Assembly: GCA_902523675.1 (NCBI GenBank)
Contig: CABZAL010000002.1
Coordinates: 9,890-73,889, forward strand
DNA: 64,000 nt
Direction of reading: 5' to 3'
Origin: an uncultured Alphaproteobacteria bacterium
GTDB taxonomy: Bacteria > Pseudomonadota > Alphaproteobacteria > Methylaequorales > Methylaequoraceae
Shown: piece after piece, positions 1 to 11,121 of the stretch
Numbering within the stretch: position 1 is the stretch's first letter
Layout of the letters: each line of letters opens with the position of its first letter
Translations under genes and position numbers: made by a program
The notes under the pieces: generated by a model
What the model saw: only the letters and a program-made list of their open reading frames with translations
What the model was told of the DNA's origin: nothing
Databases searched by the model: none

Positions 1-881
1 TGTAACCTAGTATTCATTTCTAAGAAATAAAAATTTTTATTTTTATCAACAACAAATTCCACCGTTCCTGCAGAATAATATCCTACAGATTTAGCTAAAC
101 TGATTGCTTGTATTGCCATTTTTTCTCTTAACGCATCATCAACAAATACGCTAGGGGCTTCTTCCAATACTTTTTGATGTCTTCTTTGAATCGAGCATTC
201 TCTTTCTCCCAAATGAATAATATTACCAAGCTGATCCCCAATTATTTGAATCTCTATATGTCTAGGCTCTTGAATAAATTTTTCTATAAAAACTCTATCA
301 TCTCCAAAACTCGATTTAGCTTCATTTATCGCTGAATTAAAGTTTTGTCTGAGTTCTTTATCATCAAAGGCAATTCTCATTCCTTTTCCACCACCTCCAG
401 CTGATGCCTTTACCATTACAGGATATTTTATCGAGTTGGCTTCTTTAATAGCTTCTTCAACAGAATTAATAATTTTTATTCCACCAGGAACAACTGAAAC
501 CCCAGATTCTTTTGCAATTTTTTTAGATTTAATCTTATCTCCCATGAGTGAAATAGCAGAACTAGGGGGACCTATAAAAATCTTTCCAGCATTTTCCACT
601 GCATTTCTGAACTTTTCATTTTCCGATAAAAATCCATATCCAGGATGAACAGCATCAGCATTGGTTTTCTTCATTGCTTCTATAATCTTGTTTATATCCA
701 AATAACTTTCAGCTGAAGTTATTCCTCCAATATTGACTGATTCGTCAGCAAGTGAAACATGCGGTGAATTAATATCAACGTTTGAACATACTGAGACTGT
801 TTTTATACCAATTTTTTGAGCAGTTCTAATTATCCTGCATGCTATTTCACCCCTATTAGCTATTAAAATTTTTGAAAACAT
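1..881 (-). CDS. pccA: Propionyl-CoA carboxylase alpha subunit, N-terminal biotin carboxylase domain (partial; the 3' part lies outside the window)
   Basis: My reverse translation from 881 starts [33 protein letters not shown] and is still open at base 1 (...[23 protein letters not shown]). This is the ATP-grasp biotin carboxylase signature. The gene lies 12 nt downstream of pccB on the same strand. Confidence 0.85.
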   Translation of the reverse strand, partial: MFSKILIANRGEIACRIIRTAQKIGIKTVSVCSNVDINSPHVSLADESVNIGGITSAESYLDINKIIEAMKKTNADAVHPGYGFLSENEKFRNAVENAGKIFIGPPSSAISLMGDKIKSKKIAKESGVSVVPGGIKIINSVEEAIKEANSIKYPVMVKASAGGGGKGMRIAFDDKELRQNFNSAINEAKSSFGDDRVFIEKFIQEPRHIEIQIIGDQLGNIIHLGERECSIQRRHQKVLEEAPSVFVDDALREKMAIQAISLAKSVGYYSAGTVEFVVDKNKNFYFLEMNTRL

Positions 882-893
882 TGTTCTCTCAAA

Positions 894-2426
894 TTAAAGT
901 GGAATATTATCATGTTTTTTCCACGGGTTAGTCAGCCTTTTATTTCTTAACATTTCTAATGATCGACAAATTCTCTTTCTTGTGGTGTGAGGGTTTATAA
1001 CGTCATCAATAAAACCTCTGCTCCCTGCTATGAAGGGATTAGCAAATCTTTCTCTATATTCATTCGTTTTCTTTTCTATTTTTTTTTCATTGCCTAACTC
1101 ACCTCTAAAAATAATTTCAACTGCACCTTTTGGACCCATAACCGCAATTTCGGCATGAGGCCATGCATAATTAACGTCACCTCGTAAATGTTTTGAACTC
1201 ATAACATCATACGCACCGCCATAAGCTTTTCTTGTTATTATCGTTATTTTTGGAACTGTAGCTTCAGCAAAAGCAAACAGTAACTTTGCTCCATGCTTTA
1301 TAATACCATTATACTCTTGAGAAGTACCTGGCAAAAATCCGGGAACATCAACAAATGTAATAATTGGGATGTTAAAACAATCACAAAATCTAACAAATCT
1401 TGCAGCTTTACGAGCCGAATTATTGTCTAAGCAGCCTGCAAGTACCATTGGTTGATTTGCAACTATCCCTACAGGAGATCCAGTCATTCTGGCAAATCCA
1501 GTCAGAATATTCGAGGCATATTCAGGTTGAAGTTCAAAAAAATCTCTATCATCTACAACTTTTGTGATTAACTCTTTCATATCATAGGGTTTATTAGGAT
1601 TATCAGGAACAAGACTGTCTAATGATAGCTCTATTCTATCAGCTGGATCTTCTGATTTTCTTGTGGGTGGTAATTCCTTATTTGACGATGGTAAAAATCC
1701 CATAAATCTTCTCAACTGAAACAAAGCCTCTACATCATTTTCAAATGCTAAATCTGCTACTCCTGACTTTTTGGTATGAGTCGAAGCACCACCTAATTCT
1801 TCATGAGTAACTTCTTCATGAGTAACAGTTTTCACAACATCAGGTCCAGTAACAAACATATAAGAAGTATCTTTAACCATAAATATAAAATCAGTCATTG
1901 CTGGACTATATACCGCTCCTCCAGCACATGGGCCCATAATAACTGAAATTTGAGGAATAACACCTGAGGATAGAACATTTCTTTGAAAAACTTCAGCATA
2001 ACCTGCTAAAGAAGAAACGCCTTCTTGTATTCTGGCTCCCCCAGAATCGTTCAAACCTATAACTGGAGCACCAACTTGTAGTGCTTTATCCATAATTTTA
2101 CTAATTTTTTCAGCGTGTGATTCAGACAAAGAACCACCAAAAACCGTAAAATCTTGACTAAAGACAAAAGTTAATTTTCCATTAATAGTTCCATAACCTG
2201 TTACAACACCGTCTCCAGGAATTTTCTGACCATCCATTCCAAATTCAGAACATCTATGCTCTACGAACATATCCCATTCTTCAAATGTTCCCGGATCAAG
2301 TAAAATTTCAATTCTCTCCCTTGCAGTTAACTTTCCTTTTTTATGTTGACTTTCTCTTCTTTTTTTTCCTCCACCATCTACAGCAAGTTCTCTTTTTTTA
2401 TTTAATTTTTTTAAAATATCATGCAT
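894..2426 (-). CDS. pccB: Propionyl-CoA carboxylase beta subunit (carboxyltransferase)
   Basis: 510 aa ORF with carboxyltransferase motifs ([37 protein letters not shown]). It sits next to a biotin carboxylase gene. Confidence 0.9.
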   Translation of the reverse strand: MHDILKKLNKKRELAVDGGGKKRRESQHKKGKLTARERIEILLDPGTFEEWDMFVEHRCSEFGMDGQKIPGDGVVTGYGTINGKLTFVFSQDFTVFGGSLSESHAEKISKIMDKALQVGAPVIGLNDSGGARIQEGVSSLAGYAEVFQRNVLSSGVIPQISVIMGPCAGGAVYSPAMTDFIFMVKDTSYMFVTGPDVVKTVTHEEVTHEELGGASTHTKKSGVADLAFENDVEALFQLRRFMGFLPSSNKELPPTRKSEDPADRIELSLDSLVPDNPNKPYDMKELITKVVDDRDFFELQPEYASNILTGFARMTGSPVGIVANQPMVLAGCLDNNSARKAARFVRFCDCFNIPIITFVDVPGFLPGTSQEYNGIIKHGAKLLFAFAEATVPKITIITRKAYGGAYDVMSSKHLRGDVNYAWPHAEIAVMGPKGAVEIIFRGELGNEKKIEKKTNEYRERFANPFIAGSRGFIDDVINPHTTRKRICRSLEMLRNKRLTNPWKKHDNIPL

Positions 2427-2470
2427 TTAATTTTTCTTCTAATTCTGTTGATCACTTAATTATATATTAT

Positions 2471-3145
2471 TTAATATAAATTATTAAAAAAAATCGAATA
2501 AATTTTAATATTTATTTTTAGATCTTTATCCATAATCTCTTGTTCAGGAATTGATCCCCATTTTTTTTTTTGAAAATCACTTTCAAGGAATATTAAATTT
2601 ATAAATGCTTTAAAATTAATTTTTTTTTTAAAATAAAAATAACTTAAAATCACAGATTTACTAATTTTATGCAATTTATATATTAATGTTATTTCATAAT
2701 TACAAAGATCATCTAAAAATTTTGAAAATTTATTTAAATTTTGACTTGTTTGATAAGAAAAAAAAGTATTTTTTATCTCTAAACTCAAACTAAATCTTGT
2801 GTTAAAGATATCTACAAAACTATCAAAATTTCTTTTCATTAACTGATTTATCTTATTTTTATCTGGGCTTCTATAAAGCAGATTATCAAAATATAAATTT
2901 TCTATAATCTCCTCAATAATTTTTTTTTTATCTTTCTTACTAATGTTACTAGAAAAAAATGCTAAATGGCTGATTGGAGTTTTTGTATTGTTGATATTCT
3001 TAAACTTGTTAAGTTCATCTATTATTAATTTAGCTAAATTCTCTGTTTTTACCAAAAAATAAAAATTATTGGGTGTCAAAATTTTTTTTTGGTTTTTAAG
3101 AATATAAAATATTCCATTTTCATTTAAATATTTAAAAATCTTCAT
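2471..3145 (-). CDS. ATP12-family F1-ATPase assembly chaperone homologue
   Basis: 224 aa. ILKNQKKILTPNNFYFLVKTENLAKLIIDELN resembles the ATP12 N-terminal pattern (LLDGR.L.TP....L.VP...LA.A.A.EW). DNLLYRS and the C-terminal LESDFQKKKWG...EQE also fit the family. Position next to an RluA-family gene is common in alphaproteobacteria. The sequence is highly diverged. Confidence 0.6.
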   Translation of the reverse strand: MKIFKYLNENGIFYILKNQKKILTPNNFYFLVKTENLAKLIIDELNKFKNINNTKTPISHLAFFSSNISKKDKKKIIEEIIENLYFDNLLYRSPDKNKINQLMKRNFDSFVDIFNTRFSLSLEIKNTFFSYQTSQNLNKFSKFLDDLCNYEITLIYKLHKISKSVILSYFYFKKKINFKAFINLIFLESDFQKKKWGSIPEQEIMDKDLKINIKIYSIFFNNLY

Positions 3146-4100
3146 TGATTGTTAACCATTTTTTTGAATTCAAAAAATAATCTGCTTTTATTGATTTAAA
3201 ATTGAAATTTAATTTATTTAAGTTTTGCAGCATTTCATATGGTGGTTTTGCAGTGAGAGTAATATATTCTCCATTTTTGTCTTGAAAACTTAAAGAATAT
3301 GAGTGTAAATTTAAAAAATCAGAATTCAAATCATTAGATGTTTTTTTATTATTATATTTTTTATCACCAACTAATGGGTTATTTAAATACATAAGATGCT
3401 TTCTTATTTGATGTTTTCTTCCAGTATCAGGCCTTATTATTAATAATGTATGGTTTTTAGATTTAGTAAGAACTCTATAATAAGTTTTAGCATTAAAAAT
3501 TTTATCTTTATGTTTAATTGAAATATTTATAATTGCTTTATCTATTTTTACGAGACCTGAAGTGATGGCAATGTAGGTTTTTTGAATCTTTCTATTTTTA
3601 AAAAGTTTTGTCAAATATTGTGCGTATTCTAGGGTTCTAGATATAAGCAAAAGCCCTGAAGTGTCTTTATCAATTCTGTGAACTAATTTTGGCTTTTCTT
3701 GATAATCTAGCTTAAAAATTTGATAGAGACTGTCTAAGCTGATTTTAATTTTTGAGCCACCCTGAACTGAAATTTTACTAGGCTTATTAATAGCAATAAA
3801 ATCTTTGTTGCAAAAAATTATCCATTTTAAAACTTTATCTCTGAATCTCTTTGAAAAGGTTTGTTCAACATCTTGTTTCTTATTATCAATTAATACTTTT
3901 GGTACTTTTATTTTGTCGTTTTTACTCAGCACAATTGACTGCGTTGCTCTTGATCCATTTACTCTTATCACACCCTTTCTTATTAATTTGCAGATTAAAT
4001 TAAATGAGCTATCTGGGTATTTTTTTCTTAACCAATAATCAAGTCTTTTATTGATGAAATGATTTTCGATTGTTTGCAATAATTCAATTTTTTTTTCCAT
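3132..4100 (-). CDS. RluA-family 23S rRNA pseudouridine synthase (RluC/RluD-like, with N-terminal S4 domain)
   Basis: 322 aa with the catalytic motif HRIDKDTSGLLLISRT and an S4-like N-terminus (IRVNGSRATQSIVLSKNDKIKV). Confidence 0.85.
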   Translation of the reverse strand: MEKKIELLQTIENHFINKRLDYWLRKKYPDSSFNLICKLIRKGVIRVNGSRATQSIVLSKNDKIKVPKVLIDNKKQDVEQTFSKRFRDKVLKWIIFCNKDFIAINKPSKISVQGGSKIKISLDSLYQIFKLDYQEKPKLVHRIDKDTSGLLLISRTLEYAQYLTKLFKNRKIQKTYIAITSGLVKIDKAIINISIKHKDKIFNAKTYYRVLTKSKNHTLLIIRPDTGRKHQIRKHLMYLNNPLVGDKKYNNKKTSNDLNSDFLNLHSYSLSFQDKNGEYITLTAKPPYEMLQNLNKLNFNFKSIKADYFLNSKKWLTINEDF

Positions 4101-4126
4101 AAAAATTCAATTATGGTGTTAGGTAA

Positions 4127-4693
4127 CTACTTAGATTTAGGTTCTACTTCTTTAGTCTCTTCTTTTATTTTTTTATTATTTGATTCTGTAGACTTTTTAT
4201 CTAAATTATCTTTCTTCTTTAGATCAATTTTTTCACTATCATCAGATTTTGTTTGCTTATTTGCATTTTCTACATTTTGTTTGTTTTCGTTTTCTTGAGC
4301 TATTCTATTTTTATCTAACAAGCCCTTTGCTTCAACATCTCTTTCAACAAATTCAATAATAGCCATAGGTGATGCATCACCATACCTAAATCCTGCTTTA
4401 ATTACCCTTGTATAACCTCCATTACGACTTTTATATCTTTTTGACAAGATATTGAAAACTTTATCAACGCTTTCATTACTTCTCAAAATAGAAAAAACTT
4501 TTCTTTTTGAATGCAGTGTGTCCATTTTTCCTAATGTTATGATTTTTTCAACAAAAGGTTTGAGATCTTTTGCCTTTGGTAAGGTGGTTTTTATTTGCTC
4601 ATTAATTATTAATGAATTAGATAAATTCTTAAACAGCGCCTTTCTATGACTAGAAGTACGATTTAGTTTTCTTCCCGAAATTGAATGTCTCAT
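4127..4693 (-). CDS. rplQ: 50S ribosomal protein L17 with a ~65 aa low-complexity C-terminal tail
   Basis: [24 protein letters not shown]...[25 protein letters not shown] matches L17. The gene follows rpoA. Confidence 0.97.
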   Translation of the reverse strand: MRHSISGRKLNRTSSHRKALFKNLSNSLIINEQIKTTLPKAKDLKPFVEKIITLGKMDTLHSKRKVFSILRSNESVDKVFNILSKRYKSRNGGYTRVIKAGFRYGDASPMAIIEFVERDVEAKGLLDKNRIAQENENKQNVENANKQTKSDDSEKIDLKKKDNLDKKSTESNNKKIKEETKEVEPKSK

Positions 4694-4709
4694 TTTTACC
4701 TCAATTATA

Positions 4710-5726
4710 CTAATATGGTTCTTCTAATTTCCTTCTTATATCTTCGATATTTTCTGGAGGCCAACCCTCAATTTTCATACCTAATTCTAAATTCATTACA
4801 GTTAAAACCTCTTTAATTTCATTTAGGGACTTTCTGCCAAAGTTAGGTGTCCTTAGCATTTCAGACTCAGATTTCTGAACTAAATCTCCAATATACACAA
4901 TTTCGTCATTTTTTAAACAATTTGCTGATCTTACGGATAATTCTAATTCTTCAACTTTTCTTAAAAGGTTTACGTTTAAACTAGATTCTTCTGGAACAAC
5001 AACTTCAACTTCTTCTGTAGGCTCTTCAAAATTAATAAAAAGCTTTAATTGCTCGTCCATAATCCTTGCAGCATATGCAACAGAGTCCTCAGGAATGACG
5101 GAACCATTCGTTTCTATATTCATTATCAACTTATCATAATCTGTTACTTGACCGACTCTTGAGTTTTCAACTTTAAATGACACTCTTTTCACAGGAGAGA
5201 AAAAAGAGTCGATAGGTATTTCCCCAAGTATTTTTTCTTCTTTAGCATTCATCGATGCTGGAACAAACCCTTTTCCTTCCGAAACATTTAATGTCATATT
5301 AATTGATGCTTTAGAGTCTAGTGTGCAAATATGAAGATCTTTGTTTAAAACTTCAACGTGTGCACCACAGTCAATATCGCCTGCTTTTACTTCTTTTGGA
5401 CCAGAAACTGTTAAATTTATTTTTGTATTTTCAACATCATTTAGTTTTAATGCCAATTGTTTAACATTTAAAATTATTTCTGTAACATCTTCAATGACAC
5501 CTGATATAGATGAAAATTCGTGGGTAATTCCTTCTATTTTTATCGATGTAACAGCAGCACCTCTTATAGAAGAAAGCAAAACTCTTCTCAGAAGATTGCC
5601 AAGTGTTTGACCATATCCACTTTCAAGAGGTTCTGCTACTAGTTCAGCATTGGTTAAATGATTTTTACCCTTATTAAAACTAATTTTATTAGGCTTTATT
5701 AATTCTTTCCAATTTTTATTAATCAC
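4710..5726 (-). CDS. rpoA: DNA-directed RNA polymerase alpha subunit
   Basis: 338 aa with N-terminal domain motifs ([17 protein letters not shown]) and a C-terminal-domain helix-hairpin-helix ([13 protein letters not shown]). It sits in the alpha operon context. Confidence 0.97.
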   Translation of the reverse strand: MINKNWKELIKPNKISFNKGKNHLTNAELVAEPLESGYGQTLGNLLRRVLLSSIRGAAVTSIKIEGITHEFSSISGVIEDVTEIILNVKQLALKLNDVENTKINLTVSGPKEVKAGDIDCGAHVEVLNKDLHICTLDSKASINMTLNVSEGKGFVPASMNAKEEKILGEIPIDSFFSPVKRVSFKVENSRVGQVTDYDKLIMNIETNGSVIPEDSVAYAARIMDEQLKLFINFEEPTEEVEVVVPEESSLNVNLLRKVEELELSVRSANCLKNDEIVYIGDLVQKSESEMLRTPNFGRKSLNEIKEVLTVMNLELGMKIEGWPPENIEDIRRKLEEPY

Positions 5727-5747
5727 TTAAAATACCTTTTATTAAAA

Positions 5748-6137
5748 TTAAACTCTTCTTCTTTTTGGAGGTCTACAACCATTATGCGGGATAGGGGTAA
5801 TATCTTTAATTATTGTTATATTTAATCCCACTGTTCCAAGTGCTCTTATAGCAGACTCCCTTCCCGAGCCTGGACCTTTGATTATAACCTCCAAATGTTT
5901 CATGCCATGTTCCATTGCTTTTTTTCCTGCTTCCTCAGCCGCTAGTTGAGCCGCAAATGGTGTAGATTTTCTTGAGCCTTTAAAACCCTTATTGCCTGAT
6001 GAAGACCACGAAATTGTGTTACCCGAGGTGTCTGTAATGGTAATTATTGTATTGTTAAATGTAGAATTGATGTATGCTACACCAGATGAAACATTCTTTT
6101 TAATTTTTTTCTTATTTTTTGAAGTTTTACTAACCAT
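5748..6137 (-). CDS. rpsK: 30S ribosomal protein S11
   Basis: 129 aa; [22 protein letters not shown]...[13 protein letters not shown]. Confidence 0.97.
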   Translation of the reverse strand: MVSKTSKNKKKIKKNVSSGVAYINSTFNNTIITITDTSGNTISWSSSGNKGFKGSRKSTPFAAQLAAEEAGKKAMEHGMKHLEVIIKGPGSGRESAIRALGTVGLNITIIKDITPIPHNGCRPPKRRRV

Positions 6138-6139
6138 AT

Positions 6140-6514
6140 CTAACTTGCTTTTTTCTTACCTGCAATAGGAATTGCTTTTCCTTTTCGAGTTCTAGCATTG
6201 GTATGGGTTCTTTGCCCACGAACAGGAAGTTTATGTCTGTGCCTTAATCCTCTATAACAACCAAGATCAGTTAATCTTTTTATATTTGTAGATATTTCTC
6301 TTCGAAGATCTCCTTCAACTGTATAATTATTATCAATATATTCTCTGATTTTAATTACTTCACCTTCAGTAAGGGTATTGACTCTTTTATTGCCGTCAAC
6401 ATTGGTATTTGAACAAATTAGTTTTGAAAATTTTTTGCCAATACCAAATATATAAGTTAGAGCCACTTCCAACTTTTTATTGGATGGAATATTTACACCT
6501 GCTATTCTTGCCAA
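6140..6514 (-). CDS. rpsM: 30S ribosomal protein S13 (TTG start preceded by GGAG)
   Basis: 124 aa; [10 protein letters not shown]...[26 protein letters not shown]. The start codon at 6512-6514 reads TTG on the minus strand. Confidence 0.96.
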   Translation of the reverse strand: MARIAGVNIPSNKKLEVALTYIFGIGKKFSKLICSNTNVDGNKRVNTLTEGEVIKIREYIDNNYTVEGDLRREISTNIKRLTDLGCYRGLRHRHKLPVRGQRTHTNARTRKGKAIPIAGKKKAS

Positions 6515-6549
6515 TTAAAACTCCGATAATGAATGATAATTAAAAATGG

Positions 6550-6577
6550 ATTATAAATTCTTTTTCTCCCAAGTCAA
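6550..6577 (-). promoter_or_regulatory. Putative sigma70-type promoter of the rpsM-rpsK-rpoA-rplQ (alpha) operon
   Basis: The minus strand reads TTGACT (6577-6572), a 16-nt spacer, then TATAAT (6555-6550). It lies in the only sizeable gap (70 nt) of the ribosomal gene run, about 35 nt upstream of the rpsM start. Confidence 0.45.
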
Positions 6578-6584
6578 TATTGTT

Positions 6585-7157
6585 CTAGTTTATTATTTGA
6601 ATAATTTTATTTGTCACACCCTCAATTGAATCCATACCATTAATCCTAACTAATTTATTTTTTTTTTCATAAAAATCTATAATTGGGTAAGTAATTTCTT
6701 TATAAACATTCAATCTTTTACTAAGCGTTTCCACGTTGTCATCTTTACGAACATTACTTGGATCACTTTCAGCAATTCTCGATTTAATTCTGTTTTCTAA
6801 AAAGGTCAACTTGACGTCAAGTAATAGAACAAAATCTAATATCATTGATTTGTCTTCAAAAGCACCATCTAAAGCTTTTGCTTGTGCAATATTTCTTGGA
6901 AAACCATCAAATATGAATTTTTTTGAATTATTTGTAGACATTTCAATTAAAATCATTTCTATTACCATCTCGTCGGGTACTAATTCACCACTTTCCATTA
7001 TCTTTTGAATTTTATTTCCCTCCTCGCCTCCTGACTCAACTGTTTTTCTTAATAAATCGCCAGTTGAAATCTGAAAAAAATTTTGTTTTTCAACCAAAAT
7101 TTTTGATTGTGTGCCTTTTCCTGAACCAGGTGGACCCAAGATTATAATGTTAGTCAT
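6585..7157 (-). CDS. adk: Adenylate kinase (short-lid form, no zinc-binding cysteines)
   Basis: 190 aa with P-loop GPPGSGKGTQ. It follows secY, as in many spc operons. Confidence 0.93.
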   Translation of the reverse strand: MTNIIILGPPGSGKGTQSKILVEKQNFFQISTGDLLRKTVESGGEEGNKIQKIMESGELVPDEMVIEMILIEMSTNNSKKFIFDGFPRNIAQAKALDGAFEDKSMILDFVLLLDVKLTFLENRIKSRIAESDPSNVRKDDNVETLSKRLNVYKEITYPIIDFYEKKNKLVRINGMDSIEGVTNKIIQIIN

Positions 7158-8497
7158 CTTTTTTTATTTCTTAAACTTGATCTTTTGATCAAACCTTCAT
7201 ATTGATGAGCAATCAAATATGATTGAATTTGAGTTACGGTATCCATCGTTACACTTACAACAATCAATAAACTTGTTCCTCCAAAATAGAATGGAACTTT
7301 ATATTTTGATATAAGTAATTCAGGTAATAAGCATACTGCAGATAAATAAATTGCTCCTACAACTGTTAATCTTGTCAAAACAAAATCCAGATAATTGGCA
7401 GTATTTTCTCCTGGTCTGATCCCTGGAATGAAACCTCCATATTTTTTTAAGTTTTCTGCTGTGTCTTTCGGATTAAAAACAATAGCAGTATAAAAGAAAG
7501 CAAAAAAAACAATCATGGCAATGTATAAAGATAAATAAACTGGGTGACCTCTACTTAAAATTATACTCAAAAAATTCAACCAATCAGGGCCCGATCCTGC
7601 ATTAAAACTCACGAATGTAACTGGAAGGAGAAGTAGAGAGCTTGCAAATATAGGTGGAATAACACCCGAGGTGTTTATTTTTAAGGGAAGATGACTCGAC
7701 TCTCCTGTTCTTCCGCCTGCACCCATTTGTCTTTTGGGGTATTGTATTAAGATTCTTCTTTGTGCTCTCTCCACAAATACCATAAAAGCTATCACGCTAA
7801 TTGACATTACTATAAGAAAAACAATGAATAAAGCTGACAGAGCTCCTGTTCTACCTAATTCAAAAGTTGTACTTAGGGCCAAAGGAAGTTGAGAAACTAT
7901 TCCCGTAAAAATAATAAGAGAAATCCCGTTTCCAATCCCTCTTTGTGTGATTTGCTCTCCGAGCCACATTACAAAAAGGGTACCTGTTACTAGAGTTATT
8001 ACAGTTATAAATCTAAAAAAAAGTCCTGGATTCATTACTGCTTCCATTCCCTGAGAAGACATATTCTCAATTCCAACAGCAACTCCATATCCTTGTACAG
8101 TAGCTAAGAGGACTGTCCCATATCGTGCGTATTGATTTATTTTTTTTCTTCCTGATTCTCCTTCTTTTTTTAGTTGCTCAAGTTGAGGTGACACCACTGT
8201 TAATAACTGCATTATAATACTTGCTGAAATGTATGGCATTATGTTCAACGCAAAAATCGTCATTCTTCCTAATGCGCCTCCAGCAAACATATCAAACATT
8301 CCCAGAATACCTCCAACATTTTGTTTAAATATTTGTTCAAGAGCAACAGGATCTATACCAGGAATAGGAATGTAAGTTCCTAATCTATAAACAATTAAAG
8401 CTAATAAAGTAAAAAATATTCTTTTTTTTAAATCTTCCGCTTTTGCTAAAGAACTAAAATTTATGTTTGAGGCGAGTTGTTCAGCTGCTGATACCAT
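7154..8497 (-). CDS. secY: Preprotein translocase subunit SecY
   Basis: 447 aa polytopic membrane protein (IPIPGIDP..., GISLIIFTGIV). It is in spc operon position and shares one base with the rplO stop (TAATG). Confidence 0.97.
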   Translation of the reverse strand: MVSAAEQLASNINFSSLAKAEDLKKRIFFTLLALIVYRLGTYIPIPGIDPVALEQIFKQNVGGILGMFDMFAGGALGRMTIFALNIMPYISASIIMQLLTVVSPQLEQLKKEGESGRKKINQYARYGTVLLATVQGYGVAVGIENMSSQGMEAVMNPGLFFRFITVITLVTGTLFVMWLGEQITQRGIGNGISLIIFTGIVSQLPLALSTTFELGRTGALSALFIVFLIVMSISVIAFMVFVERAQRRILIQYPKRQMGAGGRTGESSHLPLKINTSGVIPPIFASSLLLLPVTFVSFNAGSGPDWLNFLSIILSRGHPVYLSLYIAMIVFFAFFYTAIVFNPKDTAENLKKYGGFIPGIRPGENTANYLDFVLTRLTVVGAIYLSAVCLLPELLISKYKVPFYFGGTSLLIVVSVTMDTVTQIQSYLIAHQYEGLIKRSSLRNKKR

Positions 8498-9123
8498 TAT
8501 TTACCTTCGTTGATTTCTTTACTTTTCTTCTCAGGTTTATTCTTTATTGTTTTTGGTTTAAGAATAGGTTTTTTTTCTTTAGTTTTTTTAACATCGATTG
8601 ACTTACTTCCGGACTTATCTTTATCATTACCTTTTGATGCTTTAAAAAAATCAGACTTTTTAAATTTAACTATCTCAAGGTTACCACCGGCTCTTTTAAT
8701 ATCATCAATTACTGCCTTAGATGCCTTATGGGCTTGGATATTAAGCGAGCAATCAAGTTTTTGATTAAAAAGTATTTTATAACCAGAGTGAACTGGTTTA
8801 ATTGATAAATTTGCATTTTGAAAATCACTAAAGATAATTTTTTTCTTATCGGATAACTTTTTTTCTTTTATTAATTTATTTATTGTACTTGTTTTAATGA
8901 TAAAAAATTTTTTTTTGAATTTATTTTTAAACCCATGTTTAGGCATCCTCATATGAAGGGGCATTTGTCCGCCTTCAAAACCATTTATACTGACTCCTGT
9001 TCTAGACTTTTGACCTTTCATACCTCTTCCGCATGTTTTGCCTTTTCCCGAACCAATACCTCTTCCAACTCTCTTAGCTTTTTTCAATTTTAAATTTTCT
9101 GTTCTTATATTATTAAGTTTCAT
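8497..9123 (-). CDS. rplO: 50S ribosomal protein L15 with a ~50 aa lysine-rich C-terminal tail
   Basis: [24 protein letters not shown]...[14 protein letters not shown] matches L15. Confidence 0.96.
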   Translation of the reverse strand: MKLNNIRTENLKLKKAKRVGRGIGSGKGKTCGRGMKGQKSRTGVSINGFEGGQMPLHMRMPKHGFKNKFKKKFFIIKTSTINKLIKEKKLSDKKKIIFSDFQNANLSIKPVHSGYKILFNQKLDCSLNIQAHKASKAVIDDIKRAGGNLEIVKFKKSDFFKASKGNDKDKSGSKSIDVKKTKEKKPILKPKTIKNKPEKKSKEINEGK

Positions 9124-9132
9124 TGTTTTGTC

Positions 9133-9312
9133 CTATATCTTTTCAATTTTCAAAAGATGTTTAACCTTTTCAACTGCACCTCTGACAGATGGTATATCAT
9201 TGAGTTCTTTAACCCTACTAATTTTATTTAAACCTAACCCTATGAGAGTTTTTCTTTGTCCTGATTGTCTTCCAATTGGACTTTTAATTTGAGTGATTCT
9301 AATTTTAGACAT
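9133..9312 (-). CDS. rpmD: 50S ribosomal protein L30
   Basis: Not in the ORF track because it is only 59 aa. My translation is [59 protein letters not shown]. The ATG overlaps the rpsE stop (ATGTCTAA). It is in the expected position between rpsE and rplO. Confidence 0.92.
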   Translation of the reverse strand: MSKIRITQIKSPIGRQSGQRKTLIGLGLNKISRVKELNDIPSVRGAVEKVKHLLKIEKI

Positions 9313-10213
9313 CTGAATTCTCCGTTAAATAATTTGAGTCCTTCCTTCTTTTTGTTATTTCATTTACTTTTAAACCCCTTCTTATTGAAATCAATTTAGG
9401 CGATGAGGCTGATTTCAGAGCCTCAAATGTAGCCCTAATCATATTATGAGGGTTCGAACTCCCAACAGACTTCGCTACTATATCTTTAATTCCTAAAGCT
9501 TCAAATATTGATCTCATTGGTCCGCCAGCAATAACTCCAGTACCAGACGGAGCACTTCTTAATGTGACCTTACCTGAGTCGAAGCGACCATTTATATCAT
9601 GATGCAATGTTCGAGATTGACGAAGCGGAACTCTAATCATACTTGATTTAGCCTCATCTGTAGCTTTTTTAATTGCCTCTGGCACCTCCTTAGCCTTACC
9701 TTTACCATGACCTACAAGACCATTTCCGTCCCCAACAACTACTAGAGCTGCGAAACTAAATCTTCTACCCCCTTTAACTACTTTTGCAACACGATTAATA
9801 CTAACTAACTTTTCGATAAATTCACTATCTTCTGAAAAAGTCTTGCTTGGGTTTTCTTTGACGCTAGACCCTTTTTTAGTTGGTGTTTGTTTAGAGTTTT
9901 TATTTTTAAAGTCTTTTGGCTTATTACCTGCTGAATTTTCGTTACTATTCAAAGTTTTATCTTTAATGTTTTCTACCTTAATATCAGCTTTTTTTGTTAA
10001 GCTAGCTGGATTAACTGTTTTATTATTAGAAATAATTTTGTCATCCGGCTTTTCAATTTGGCTTGTTTGATTTTCAAATTTATTTTTTAAAGGTTTATTA
10101 TCTTTTCCTTCAATATCCTTCGAAGTATTATCATTCTCTTGAGACATATTTAATTCTTTGTTTACTTTCTCAGAAGACTTATTTTGGTTTTCATCATCTA
10201 ATTTTTTTGTCAT
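9305..10213 (-). CDS. rpsE: 30S ribosomal protein S5 with a ~125 aa low-complexity N-terminal extension
   Basis: The C-terminal ~170 aa match S5 ([53 protein letters not shown]). An ATG at 10213 has a GAGGG about 5 nt upstream and lies 10 nt after the rplR stop. No other Met occurs near the conserved core. Confidence 0.95.
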   Translation of the reverse strand: MTKKLDDENQNKSSEKVNKELNMSQENDNTSKDIEGKDNKPLKNKFENQTSQIEKPDDKIISNNKTVNPASLTKKADIKVENIKDKTLNSNENSAGNKPKDFKNKNSKQTPTKKGSSVKENPSKTFSEDSEFIEKLVSINRVAKVVKGGRRFSFAALVVVGDGNGLVGHGKGKAKEVPEAIKKATDEAKSSMIRVPLRQSRTLHHDINGRFDSGKVTLRSAPSGTGVIAGGPMRSIFEALGIKDIVAKSVGSSNPHNMIRATFEALKSASSPKLISIRRGLKVNEITKRRKDSNYLTENSDV

Positions 10214-10223
10214 TTTTCCCTCA

Positions 10224-10583
10224 TTAAAATTTTAAACCTTTTGACCTCGCGCCCTCAGCTAGTTCTTTAATTCTGCCATGATAAATATAACTACCTCGAT
10301 CGAAACATAAGGAGTCTTTAAATCCACCTTTAACAGCCTTTGACGCAATGTTTTCACCCACCTTAAAAGCAGCATCTTTATTAGATCCTTTGTCAAGTTT
10401 AAGTGATTTATCAAGTGAAGACGAAGAAAATAATGTTTTTTGATTAACTTCATCAATAATTTGAGCATAAATATGTTTGTTTGATCTGAATACTGACAGT
10501 CTATATAAAGAAGAGGATTTTTTTAAAATTTTAAATCTATTTCTTTTTGCTCGTTTTATTCTTTGATTATTTGCAGTTATCAT
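10224..10583 (-). CDS. rplR: 50S ribosomal protein L18
   Basis: 119 aa; [17 protein letters not shown]...[26 protein letters not shown]. Confidence 0.96.
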   Translation of the reverse strand: MITANNQRIKRAKRNRFKILKKSSSLYRLSVFRSNKHIYAQIIDEVNQKTLFSSSSLDKSLKLDKGSNKDAAFKVGENIASKAVKGGFKDSLCFDRGSYIYHGRIKELAEGARSKGLKF

Positions 10584-11113
10584 TTCTTCTTTCCTTCTTT
10601 TCTTCGTATAATTTCATCACTATATTTTACACCTTTACCTTTGTATGGCTCTGGTTTTCTGAAAGACCTTATATTGGCTGCTATTTGCCCAACTTTTTGC
10701 TTTGATATACCAGAAATTTTAATTTGTGTAGGTTTTGGTAATTCAATTTTAATATCTTCAGGTATAGGAAAGTTTACTGGATGAGAAAAACCTAAAAGAA
10801 GTTCAAGTATCTTACCTTTAAGCGCAGCTTTATATCCGACCCCATTTAATTGAAGTTCCTTTTCAAATCCATTTGTTACACCTATTATCGTATTATTAAT
10901 CTGGGACCTTATAGTCCCCCACATTTTTTGTGAAACTTTAGAATCGTCAAATGGTTTAATATTAACCTCTTTTTCATTAATGTCGATATTTGCAGCCTTA
11001 CCTACATCAAAAGAAAGTTCTCCTAATTTTCCTTTGGCATAGAATATACCATTTTCCACTCTAACTTGAGTCGAATCAGGTATTGTTATTGGTATTCTTC
11101 CGCTCCTTGACAT
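10580..11113 (-). CDS. rplF: 50S ribosomal protein L6
   Basis: 177 aa; [12 protein letters not shown]...[10 protein letters not shown]...[12 protein letters not shown]. Confidence 0.96.
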   Translation of the reverse strand: MSRSGRIPITIPDSTQVRVENGIFYAKGKLGELSFDVGKAANIDINEKEVNIKPFDDSKVSQKMWGTIRSQINNTIIGVTNGFEKELQLNGVGYKAALKGKILELLLGFSHPVNFPIPEDIKIELPKPTQIKISGISKQKVGQIAANIRSFRKPEPYKGKGVKYSDEIIRRKEGKKK

Positions 11114-11121
11114 CTTTTCTC

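Noticed and set aside
10259-10468. 69-aa same-strand alternative-frame ORF inside rplR, and the 61-aa one at 57295-57480 inside glyA
   Set aside because: Each is fully nested in a well-supported conserved gene. There is no motif or start context to support overlapping coding.
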